Of a stretch of 64,000 nt of DNA, positions 1-11,100 are shown piece after piece. This DNA comes from Glycera tridactyla. Lineage: Eukaryota. The translations under genes and the position numbers were made by a program. The stretch spans positions 90,644,001-90,708,000 of the forward strand of contig OZ286465.1 in assembly GCA_965644265.1 (NCBI GenBank), in the 5' to 3' direction. The notes beneath the pieces are model-generated. The model made no database searches. It saw only the letters and a program-made list of their open reading frames with translations, and was not told where the DNA came from. The first letter of the stretch is position 1; each line of letters opens with the position of its first letter.

Positions 1-609
1 ACATTTGAGTGTAACAAAAACAAACATGAAATGTCCTACCACCTGATATTTAAAAAAAAAAAAAAAAACTCAGGTGAATATTGCCCAAAATGAGAGGATT
101 AGCATAGCTGACTCCATTCAAAAGCCCACTTCTGCATCAATGATCAATCAGAGCATAATGGCATCTCATCATTCACTGTATGTGTATGTATCTGCTATCC
201 ACTGAACTGGTTGTCTAACCATCCAAGATAACCAACCAATAATCCATTCAGATTGGTGGAATGTCCTGATATGCCACACATAGGTCTCACATATATCATA
301 TCTTTTGATGAAAGTCTAATATAATTTTCATTGACAATGGAATTTCATTCAGAGCAACTCACACATTCTATTGAGAGAGGTCCTATATAAGGCATCAAGG
401 GGTTAAACTACCCTCATTCAATTAGAGGATTGCACATATTCTCCATCAAATGATACCACTATGAAGGAATTTGTGAGGAAATGCCCTTCTTTCACAAACT
501 TAGGAGGCAAATGGTCCCATTTTCTGGGAATTCTGGGAGTAGACCTGCAATGTGAATAGCTACATATAATTGATGATGTGAATGTGAAGATGGAAAGCCT
601 AGAAAATAA

Positions 610-965
610 GCCAATCGCATGAGTATCTCAATATAGCCCAATGGGGACCCACATGGTGACTACACCCAAAACCAGACTGATTGCATGAGTATATCAACAT
701 AGCCCGATTGGTGTCCATATAGCCACGAACAACCAAACAGCTTGAGCAATTACATGGGCATATCAATATAGCCCAGCTGGTGCCCTTATGATGATAAACA
801 ACAAATACAAACCAATTGCATGGGATATCCAGCATATCAGAACTGCCCGAAAGATGATGGACACCCAGAACCAAACCTTTGATATGAGCAGCTTGATGAT
901 AAACGACCATTGATGATAAACGACCAAGAGAAAAACCCCATACTTCTCAATATAGCCCAATAGGT
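610..965. repeat. Degenerate minisatellite, ~66-69 bp period
   Basis: Core GCATGAGTAT.TCAA.ATAGCCC recurs at about 617, 683, 752 and 818, with a partial copy at about 946. Confidence 0.65.
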
Positions 966-3900
966 GTTAGTATGATGATGAACAAAGGTCAGCCCCACCT
1001 ACTGAATGGGCGTCATCCAATAGCCTGAAAGGTGCTTACAAGATAATAAACAGAATATCCATCCCTACCAACTCTGATTCACAAGTTGCAAGCTCTCCAC
1101 TGAACATCAATGTATCACAGATATGACATGAGTGTTACTTTATGGTGAACAAACTATCATGAAATACCAGACCTAACCCATCAAACCGATCTACTGGATT
1201 CGTCCCTCTCACACAGGCTGCCTCATGTTTTGCCAAGGGACGCAATCTGCATTGGGGAACTTGTTTTTGGGTATCAAATGGTGAAAAACTACATTTACAT
1301 TTCAGCCACAAGCATGATGATGAATTATAATCAGGATAATTCCAGCCTAGCTATGGACATAACCACTTTCACCATGAAAAATCACACTGAGCCCATCTTA
1401 ACCGGATTATGCCTACTACTGTCTGGTAGGCCAAACCTAGTCTATTGAACCAAGAACTGATTTACAGCCTACAGGGCGCAACCCCATTACTTTATCCAAA
1501 TTGGGGCCCCACTGATTCCTCATCACAGGAGGAAGCACTCTCATTGAGCGTTTGCATTTTTGAATTCTGACCTTGTTTTCAGGCTCAAATATATGGCCTC
1601 CATACAAAGTTTACCTAGAGACACAAACCACTCTGAGTGATGATCATGAAAGTCTTTCCCACAGAAAATCACATCTCCCAATTGGCACCCTGTTTTCATA
1701 TGACGAGGATGGGTCCTCAAAGAAATTCTACCCATAATTCAATTGCCAAAAGACCAAGCAGATTCCATCACTAGTATGGCCCATCTTGCAATGGTTCAAA
1801 CAACCATCTCCAACCCTAATGAGACCAATCCTTATGCTTCACAAAGTCAAAATAAGGAAAATGAATTAATAAAATAATATAGTGAAATAAAAAGCTGTCA
1901 TGAGAATTCAAATGCTGAACAACCAATCTTGCCTGGAATGATAGACATTGTAGCCCCTCTATTAGCACACCCGAGACATCACAAAAGGTTTGTGCTTTTA
2001 TGAAGGCTAATCATACACAACAATCCATTTGGATGGAGAGCTGATATTTCAGAACAACAAGTTCCGGATCTACTCAAGACAGACAGGAAAACTAGTGGTA
2101 GGGTTGCCAGAATAACTCTTTGAAAACTCTTTAGAAGATCAGAGATTCAGATTTTCTTACAGGTCAGTGGGCCAATATGGCCGATGAATTAAAAATACCA
2201 TGGTTTGGCAAAATGGTGGGCTATCTGCCAGTTATCAATGGTTTGAAAGGTGCAGAAAAGCTGAGCCAGTGGACACAAAGTGAGATCAATGTGCCCATAA
2301 CGCAAAATGTGGACTGTGGATCCTGGCCCACCACCTTCTGAAGTTCCTGAAAATTCAGCTATCAAACCACAGTTAGGCAGCCCTTCCAAAATACATTCTA
2401 ATAACGAGGGAGGGGGGTCTTCGATAGGATGGATGACTTATACATTAAGCCTATTGCCTACCATGCAGTAGGTGCAGTATTTAGAACTCGGAAAACAGCT
2501 CAATTATGCTCCGGCAAAATATGAAATCTTCATTGGAAGGAGTACAAACCCTACACATTGCTACTGTGAATATCGTAAAACTAGGCACAGATTCAGACAT
2601 GGCCTTAAGAAACAAAACAAATCTTCCCATACGCCATACAAACTTATCCTTGTGTAGCTACATTTCATGCCGTAGGATTCATACCCAAACCGACACAATG
2701 TGCGACCAACATTGCTATACCAATTATGCATGTGAGAAACAACAATCTGAGCATCCATTAGTGATGTCTCATTATGCTAATAAGTTCTTTCCTGATCTCT
2801 CGACTTTTTGCTGATAATCTTGTACTCTGAAAATGTCCAGAGTCAACCCACTCTGATGTGGCATATCATTTCCAGGCAGTATCAAAACAAAATATCCACA
2901 CTGACCACAAGAAATCAAATACCACAGGGCCAAGGTCACACAAATACTTGTTCGTCATTTGCAAATATACATAATATATAAATAAATTAATTAATTGAAT
3001 AAAATAGAAATAAAATTTGCAGATGATTTAGCAAAATGGAAGTAATTTTAGCAATCCAGAAAGCATCATATTGGAATCCAAGAGCATTCCATTGAATCCG
3101 CCCACCATTATGGAGAATTATTGGTATACTTATTCCAAAATTAGTTTCTATTGCATTTCTTGAATGAAGACAAATGAAATGAACGAAAATTCTGCCGAAA
3201 TAACCACCACCTTTCTGTGATCATGATTGAAAATTATTTAGTAGATTGAAGTTTTCTTTAGCATTTGACCTGATGGATCAGCTATAGCTAAAGTGCTAAT
3301 CTATAGAGTGAACCCTGATTGGTTATAGAGAATTTCGTGCTCTAGTATCAATAACATCAGCCTGCTCATATAGCCACTCTCAAATGAATGTCCACTCTCA
3401 AGCCTTCAATTACTATATTGACTCAATGCAGTGACCAGAACCAGGACACATTGTGCTACCATTCACAATTCAAGAAAGAAACAACTCACAATAAACACCA
3501 GCATTGGATTAATGCACCAAGCCCTTATCTTCCTGTTTTCACCCCTTTACCCCGACAATATTCCATCTTTGACTAAATAAATCCAGGTTTCCAAGACCCT
3601 GATGCAAAACAAGATAAATTATCTAGGACCAAACCTTGCACAGACAGCCAATTACTCAGCAAGTTATAGCTGGCCAGTCATGAACCTTTTACATGGAATC
3701 ACCTTGGTTGCTCTCTCTCTCTCTTTTTCCTGAATAGGAGGCAACTCATGGACATGATAGTATTACTGTTGGTAAGAATACACATTCTGCTAGAACTTTT
3801 TCATCATTTCACTCTGCTACTAGGTGTGGGGTATCTCTTATCTTGCACCCAAGGTCATATACTACCGCATTCACTTACATCGAAAATCTGTTTCTTTTCC

Positions 3901-5275
3901 GACATGTGTGACAAAACACACTACCCAAAGCTCCCCTTCCATGTCTATGCTTGTGATATTCATATTGTCAGCCAAGGGGAAATCATTGTATGCTCTCCTA
4001 CTAACCTAACTTCATTCACTATGTGTCACGGATTCTCATCTTGACTCAAGACTATTGAGTATAATGCTGAAGGTATACACCACCTGATGGCTTCCTTCAA
4101 CTAATGAATTATCCCCAATAAAATACTGGAACAGATTGGTGCAGGGGTTATCATACCACCCCAGCATGAGTGACTCAACTGCCATGACTGACAGATATAT
4201 TGGGGAAATCAGGACAGACTTGCTCCCTTAACATAAAGTAGCCCAATGAATAAGCAGATCTACTACTCTCCTCTCACCCTACAAGTAACTCAGTGGATGA
4301 TACATAGTTCAGCTGAAAAGCTGTGATCAAAAGCTTCCATTCATATATATTTGTAATGGCACACAATATGCCAGTGATTTTTATATCATTCGCATGAAAA
4401 CATTTTATGACTCACTAGCTGTCTCTGTGCTTCCACATCAACTACAAAAGCCAAAATGTTACCGATGAATTGCATGCCTGTGATGATGTGTAATCAGAAA
4501 CCTGATTGGACCACCCTTGAACTGACTGATAGGAGCAGCTCTCCTAAGCCCTGGTCTTACCAATATTTACAAGGTAAATGTCTCTCCTGCCAGTGATTTA
4601 CATTTCATACCATATTGTTCAAGCAATACAAACTGTACAGAAAGTAGGAAGGAAAAAGGGGGGGGGCACATCATGTCCTGCCCTGACCTGAGATAGGTAG
4701 ATATCAAAAGGGCCATTAGGGAACAGTAGAGGTCACATAACCTGCCAGTACCTAACAGAGACCAGCCCAGTTAAAAACTTAAAACATGACTTGCTGAGGC
4801 AACAATGAATGACATGACAGCTCAGGACAGGCTCAGTCAGCTGACCGACAGATTGTCTAATCGGTCAACCACCATATGCATGATCCGGGCCTCAAGCAAC
4901 AGCTAGGACAGATGTATGGTAGGAACCTCATTATAGGTAGAGGTTTTAAGAAGGTGTCTCACCAAAAGGTTGAATTTGAGGCACCTCTACCCTGCCTAGA
5001 CGGTCCTTAGACCAGAGGACAGATACCTACCCAGGTCTTACGGACTGCCCTAGTTGAAAGCTTACACTCTCATCAACTATTCAATACAGTCTGAGGCGCT
5101 AAACTAGATATGGTATAAAGCTTACGCTTTCGGCAACTATATGATACAGTTACTAGACAAGGTCCTTTCCCGAAAAAGTCAGAGACATTTTCGGAGGCAC
5201 CTCTACCCATCAATCTTTGAAAAATCCATGCGTTGCTCTGCCAAACGGGAAGTAGGTCATGACCTACTTGATTGA

Positions 5276-5573
5276 TGTAGGGTTAAACCTACAAAGGACG
5301 GTTTGAACCTCATCAATCAATTGACATGACCGTAGTCCCGGTTTTTGGCAGAGCTAACGTATACCACTCCCACGTCTTTGGCACCATCAAAAACGGTCAC
5401 CCTACCCACGTCAGCTCCCCAAAAATCGGGACTTTGCTGGGTAGAGTTACCTGCTTTATAAGCTGCTGTAACGCGTCAGGATTGCCGCATCCATACGTTA
5501 GCTCTGCCAAAACCGGGACTACGGTCAATTGATTGATGAGGTTCAAACCGTCCTTTGTAGGTTTAACCCTACA
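5276..5573. mobile_element. Young non-autonomous long-TIR (foldback/MITE) DNA element, TGT...ACA termini, possibly Ginger-like
   Basis: Arms 5275-5362 and 5493-5574 are reverse complements, identical except for a 5-bp indel and one extra T. Spacer is 130 bp. Flanks TTGA/TTAA could be a 4-bp TSD with one mismatch. The superfamily call is inference. Confidence 0.8.
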
Positions 5574-5577
5574 TTAA

Positions 5578-5621
5578 AGGGTGGTCTCCCAAAAGAGCTG
5601 TCTCCCAAGACAGTTTCACTG
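5578..5621. mobile_element. Right-end remnant of a Tc1/mariner-pogo-like MITE
   Basis: GGGTGGTCTC...AAGACAGTTTCACTG followed by TA resembles the right termini of the MITEs at 40194 and 53601. No left end found. Confidence 0.4.
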
Positions 5622-6052
5622 TACTGTACCTAGCACATGGATTCTAACTCCTGTAGCCCACTCATCATCTCGATCTTTCTGACTCATTTTATCTGTGTAA
5701 AAGCTGGCCCCATGTATCATGGTGCTTCAGGTCCTTTAGTACATCACAGTACAATAAAGGCAGTCTGTGAAGAAGTAGAAGAACGAGTGTGATCTGTGTC
5801 ACTTCTCAATAGCAGGTTTTGGAGCTTCAGGACATTTTGCATAGCTTGAAGTGTTATATGAAGAGATTTACTGAGATGAGCAGTTCTTTTGGTGATTTAT
5901 TGTGAGATGCTTATTTTCTGCAAGCTGCTGGCCAAGCCCCCACATGCATATCATCAGTGACAAACCTGCTGGCATTGATGATTGTGTCAATTTGAACAAG
6001 ACCTCTATTAGATGAGCTTCATTTAGCGTTGTTGCATTTATCCCCAGATATA

Positions 6053-6243
6053 GAGCCTGCCTTGGTGGCTCAGTGGTAGCATACTGGGCGGGCATGCAAT
6101 GGGTCTGGGGTTCAATCCCCGGTCCTACCATGCAGGAATGTTTCACCCTTCATCTTCACTTTTCCTTGGCAGGTGGTCTGATTTAGCCTACTTAAGTGCA
6201 GAAAGTGGACCTAAAACCTCAACATTTCATTTTCATTTCATTT
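6053..6243 (+). mobile_element. tRNA-derived SINE, family 1, full-length copy A
   Basis: Pol III A box TGGCTCAGTGG (6066-6076), B box GGTTCAATCCC (6109-6119), (CATTT)n tail, and a perfect 12-bp TSD TCCCCAGATATA (6041-6052 and 6244-6255). A second copy lies at 44086-44264. Confidence 0.92.
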
Positions 6244-6429
6244 TCCCCAGATATATGGAGCATATCATATGTGGAGTCATATTGAATTTCACAGGTGTCA
6301 TTTTGAATTCTGACATTTATCACCTGATGGCCCTGGTGGCTATAACTTGTGTGGATGATCATCTGCAGACAATTTTAAAATGAGAGATTCAAATGCTGGT
6401 ATCAAATTGAGAATGCACCTGCTCTTGTG

Positions 6430-7256
6430 TCCAATTTTAGTCAAGAAATTTCTTGAATGGCAGCCATTTTGAATTTTGAGGCAGCCATCTTGAACTTCTA
6501 CTCCATCAAAATAAATTCAAAATAACCAGAATTATCATCTATGAATAACTAATCATTAAAAATAAGGGTAATTTATTCAAATGAAGTCCTCAGAAGCCAT
6601 ATTACCCTTTATATAGAAATCTTGATCATTTGATCGGTGGCCATTTTGAATTTGCACATATTTCAAATTGACCAAGGGTGAGAAATACACACCCACCTGA
6701 GTATGTCTATATGGGTCTCAGACATGAATTATCAGCAGAGGAAGAAAACTATATCCAAGAATTTGGGGTTGTACACCTATTAATAATAATGATAATAATG
6801 GACATTTATATAGCGCCTTTTCCTCATTGAGCTCAAGGGCGCTTTACATGGATGTGTACCTGAAAAGCAAGACATGTAATCAAGTTGGTGGAAAAGCAAT
6901 ATTGAACAAATGTATTCTGATTTTGTTGAAGAAATTTCTAAATTGGCTTCAATTTGATTTTTGAAGTGGCCATTTTGAATTTCAATGCTCACCAAAGTGT
7001 CTTAAAATTACCCCAATTATCATTTGTAAATATCTCAACATTGATAATGAGGATTATATCATTCAAATGAACACCCAAGAGGCCATGTTGCCTCTCATAT
7101 GGGACAGTCATCATTCAATTGGCGGCCATTTTGAATTTGCTCATATTTCAAATTGCCCAAGGGTGAGAAGTTCACACCCACCTGGATATGTCTATATGGG
7201 TCCTAGACATGAATAATCAGCAGAGAAAAAAACTTTATCAGAGAATTTTGGGTTAG
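6430..7256. repeat. Diverged direct duplication (~485-505 bp offset) carrying GGCCATTTTGAATTT motifs
   Basis: 6639-6772 aligns to 7124-7256 (GGCCATTTTGAATTTGC..ATATTTCAAATTG.CCAAGGGTGAGAA...ATGTCTATATGGGTC...AGACATGAAT.ATCAGCAGAG). The upstream parts are also similar. Confidence 0.8.
6779..6848 (-). mobile_element. Heavily 5'-truncated 3' end of a CR1/L2-group LINE or its partner SINE
   Basis: The minus strand reads TGTAAAGCGCCCTTGAG...AAAAGGCGCTATATAAAT..(ATT)n, a stem-loop plus short-repeat tail of the kind seen at L2/CR1-group 3' ends. Confidence 0.65.
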
Positions 7257-8103
7257 GCCCTTGTTCTGCCAGACTATAAGAGGTGACAGTGTAACTGACG
7301 CCCATGGTGATCAGGCTGCGGGCCGGGAGTTCCCTCCCCCACCCCCACCCCCCCCCCCTTCCCCCCCCATGGGGTGATCACCACCGGCATCCTCCCACTG
7401 ACTGTACTACAAAACTTCACCAATCATTCTCTCTTTCTCTCAATCATTCTTTCTTCATTAAATGATGATAAAAGCCATGTATGAATGAAAAACATAATGA
7501 GGTTTTGTTACAAGCATGAATTTTAAGATCTAGCTGAACTGTACATATAACAATCATATGTATCCACCTGAATATAGTATCTTCAGATAATTGCATTCTC
7601 ACCCATGCTTGTTCATCAGTTGACAATATATAGAACATTTTGCAGAAGTCACTATATGTGTCCATATATAAGACTNNNNNNNNNNNNNNNNNNNNNNNNN
7701 NNNNNNNNNNNNNNNNNNNNNNNNNNNNNNNNNNNNNNNNNNNNNNNNNNNNNNNNNNNNNNNNNNNNNNNNNNNNNNNNNNNNNNNNNNNNNNNNNNNN
7801 NNNNTGCATGCACAAATCCTACATTTTGGCTATTTCTGTATACATGCTTAACTTTTATGAGAGAATGCTGAACAGAGAGGTTTGTTCAGGCATGGAATAG
7901 GAATATCGAACGCCATCTGTGTGCGTATATTTCTTCACCAGGTGCCAGGTGCCGCCAACTTGGATGTCGACATTTTGCCTCATTCTAGCGCTGAAATCGC
8001 ATCTTGAACGAGGTACAAATTTCTGTCATCCTGATCTTTTGATCGGCTATGATAAAATGGCGATTCCAACAAAAATCCTGTGTTTTATGTGTTCTTATTG
8101 ATG

Positions 8104-8185
8104 TACCGGATATACTCGCATATAAGCCCATTTTTTGACACCAAAAAATCGGGGGAAATGGAGGGAGAGGGCTTATATGCTAGAG
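8104..8185. mobile_element. Terminus of a pogo-like Tc1/mariner non-autonomous element
   Basis: TA-CCGGATATACTCGCATATAAGCCC followed by the inverted subterminal copy GGGCTTATATGC (8169-8180). This resembles CCGTATATACTCG-type termini. No matching opposite end found. Confidence 0.45.
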
Positions 8186-11100
8186 CCAAATATCAACGTA
8201 AATGAAGAGCCATTGTGGGGTTTCGCTAGCGGCGGCCACCATCTTAGATGTCAAAAGAACCGATTCTTCATGCATATGGTGACATATTTCATACTTGATG
8301 GAACTTGTATCACAACACTGCACATGTTTTGGGGGCTTTTCTATAGGTCCATATGCAGTGAGGCGTTTGATCAGTCTTAGTATTGAACACAGAAAAATGC
8401 AGAATAATGCAGGATAATGCAGGATAAGCAGATATCTTTGATAAACCGATGACACAGACTTAATGCCCCCCCCCCCCCCAACAGCACAAATTTTTCCCAT
8501 GAAAAGATTGAATTTGCCCCAAAAATATAACACAGAATTCAAAGAATTTCTTGCTCGGGAATATGTATGGGTCTTTTGGGCACATTGAAGCAGATTTCAT
8601 GTGCTATTTCGGATTTGTGTGTGCCTCAAACCAGGTAATCATATCAAAGTATGGACAATTCCATGTGCCTTCTGGGCACAAGATATATGGTTTAATGTGC
8701 CCTTTCACAACTTTATGTGCCATTTTCACAGGGCACAGCGCAAAATTATCCCTGCAGAATTTCATGGTGAAAGCCCCTGCGGTACATGTAATTCACAGAA
8801 TTTAGCATTTTTCTACATTTTTGATCAGCATTATGATGGAATTTGCAGAATTCGGCTAAATTTGGAGGTATTGCAGAAAAAACTGCAGGAATTCTGTGTT
8901 TTGTAGCGGGTACCAAAAATTGATCCAATCCCTACAGATTCTCTGAAACTTTCTGCTGGAGAAATACATATCTCAGACAGTTTGTATGAAGTACTCATGG
9001 CAAAAACTATGAAAAATCACAATTGTACCAGATTCATAGGCCATCTTTTTACAAAGACCAACCAAATACAGCCTTATCATTGACTTTGGTGTTAAATTAC
9101 CGTACCCTATAAAATACAGCACCCACATCGATGTGACCAGGGCAATCTCTTGTAGGCAGTTTTGCCTTTACATAAAAAATCTAGCTGGAGAAAGAGAAAG
9201 AGAGGGAGAATGAGAAACACTGAGACAGGGATAATGACTGATGGAATGAAGCAATTCTTTCCAACAAATGACCAAAGTACAGTAGATAGAAAATGTCATG
9301 AAAGTAGAATGAAAGCTCTGGACATTTGTATTGACTATCTGAACAGCCTAGGAGCTGCACAAAATTGATTTCCCCATCTTCTTTTAGTGGTAGCCATTGA
9401 AACCCATCTTCTGATCGTCGCGATGATCACTCACCATCGTTCAAATTCTCGGTGTGTGATCTGTGTTTGAAGAATCCATAGTCAACTCGGTAAAATTATT
9501 TTATCTGCTCCCATGTTCCTGCCGATTTGTCTGTATGCCTCCATCTGTCTGTTCTTTTGTGTGTCTGTTGATCTATCTGTCCGTCCGTCCGTCTATCTGT
9601 ATATCGGTCGGTTCAACCATCCATCCATTCATTTGTCCGTCTTTGCCCCCCCCCCCCTTCTCTCACTGTTTTTCTTATCGCGCCTTTCTCTACTGCACTC
9701 TCTATTTTTCATGCACCCAGCGCATATACACAAACNNNNNNNNNNNNNNNNNNNNNNNNNNNNNNNNNNNNNNNNNNNNNNNNNNNNNNNNNNNNNNNNN
9801 NNNNNNNNNNNNNNNNNNNNNNNNNNNNNNNNNNNNNNNNNNNNNNNNNNNNNNNNNNNNNNNNNNNNNNNNNNNNNNNNNNNNNNNNNNCACAGAAACA
9901 GAGAGAGGGAGAGAGAAAGCGGGAGAGAGACCTGGTGGTCAGGTTATTAATAGTAGTCATATGTCAAGCTCGTTGAATGCCGTGATTCAATAATGTCATT
10001 AAATATTCATCCAGGTCGAGGTGACTAGCATTGTAGGACGACCCGCCGATCGATATCATCCCTCGCTACGTGTATCATCTATTCCATACATTTGAAAGAA
10101 TTCCGCTGAAAGGTCGAGTGATTCTCAGACGTATAGCCCAGATTTGCTGCATAGATACCGGCTCTGTTTGCATGGAAATTGAAGAGCTCCTTGTGCTGAT
10201 CTTCCAATTAATGATGTCAGAACCAGGCAGCATTCATTCACTAATCGGTTCAGATTGATCGCATGGAGTTTCGAAGAAGCCTTGTGTGTTCGCAAGCACG
10301 GAATACTACGAAACCATACGACGAATCTCGACTTCGTTCACGCCGTCCTTGCCAAAATTGTTATAGTCAGTGGACTTACTCATTGTAATTCGTTATGTAT
10401 CATCTACTATTTTTTGATAATGTGCAAGAGAATTCTCCTATTCCATCATCGTCGAATATGTTCATTGTAATATTGTCATCATCTGAGCGCTGCTATAAAA
10501 TATTTCATCAATGTGAAACGATCTTTGTGGTATTTGTATCTAGTGTCATGTGTCGATAATATTCTACCCATCATGAACGATGAGCCAATGGGCAATCAAA
10601 ATGATTCAATCCGCTTGTCATCTTGTTTTTGTTGCTGATTACCAAACACATCTGCTGCATTGGAATATGATTGATTCTCCTCAATCTCTGGTTTACCACA
10701 GATGGATTACGTGTGGCAGGGGGTTTTGCATACTGAAATTACTATTCGTTTCTCTCACGACCAGAGCCATTTTGAGGGAAAGGTAGGGGTTGGGAGATCA
10801 CCGGTGATCTCCCACCCCAAAAAGTGATCTCCCACCCCCGGTTTGTGTGTTTCTGTGGGTGCGCCGAACACCGCCGATGGCCGTTGGCATGGTGAAATTA
10901 CCCCTGTCAGCATGTCGTGCGACGCTCCCGAGGCCGGAGTAGCGTCATGAAAACGTAAATAAATCAAACTGTCAATGCTCGTGTAACTGTGTAACGTTAC
11001 ACACTCACCCGTATTCTATTTCTTTCTCATAATCATGTCAATATACAGCCAATATACAGTGATATAGTCGGGATTCCCGGCGGCAGTCGTCGCGCCTCGG

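Noticed and set aside
2099-2384. hAT-like TAGGGTTGCCAG ... GGCAGCCCT bracket
   Set aside because: The TIR match is only ~9 bp and there is no 8-bp TSD.
6053-6135. Functional tRNA gene (also at 12690-12786 and 44190-44264)
   Set aside because: The A/B boxes are followed by a non-tRNA body, a simple-repeat tail and TSDs, so these are SINE heads.
9310-9350. bHLH helix-2-like KALDICIDYLNSL
   Set aside because: The register is off by two residues, and there is no recognisable helix 1.
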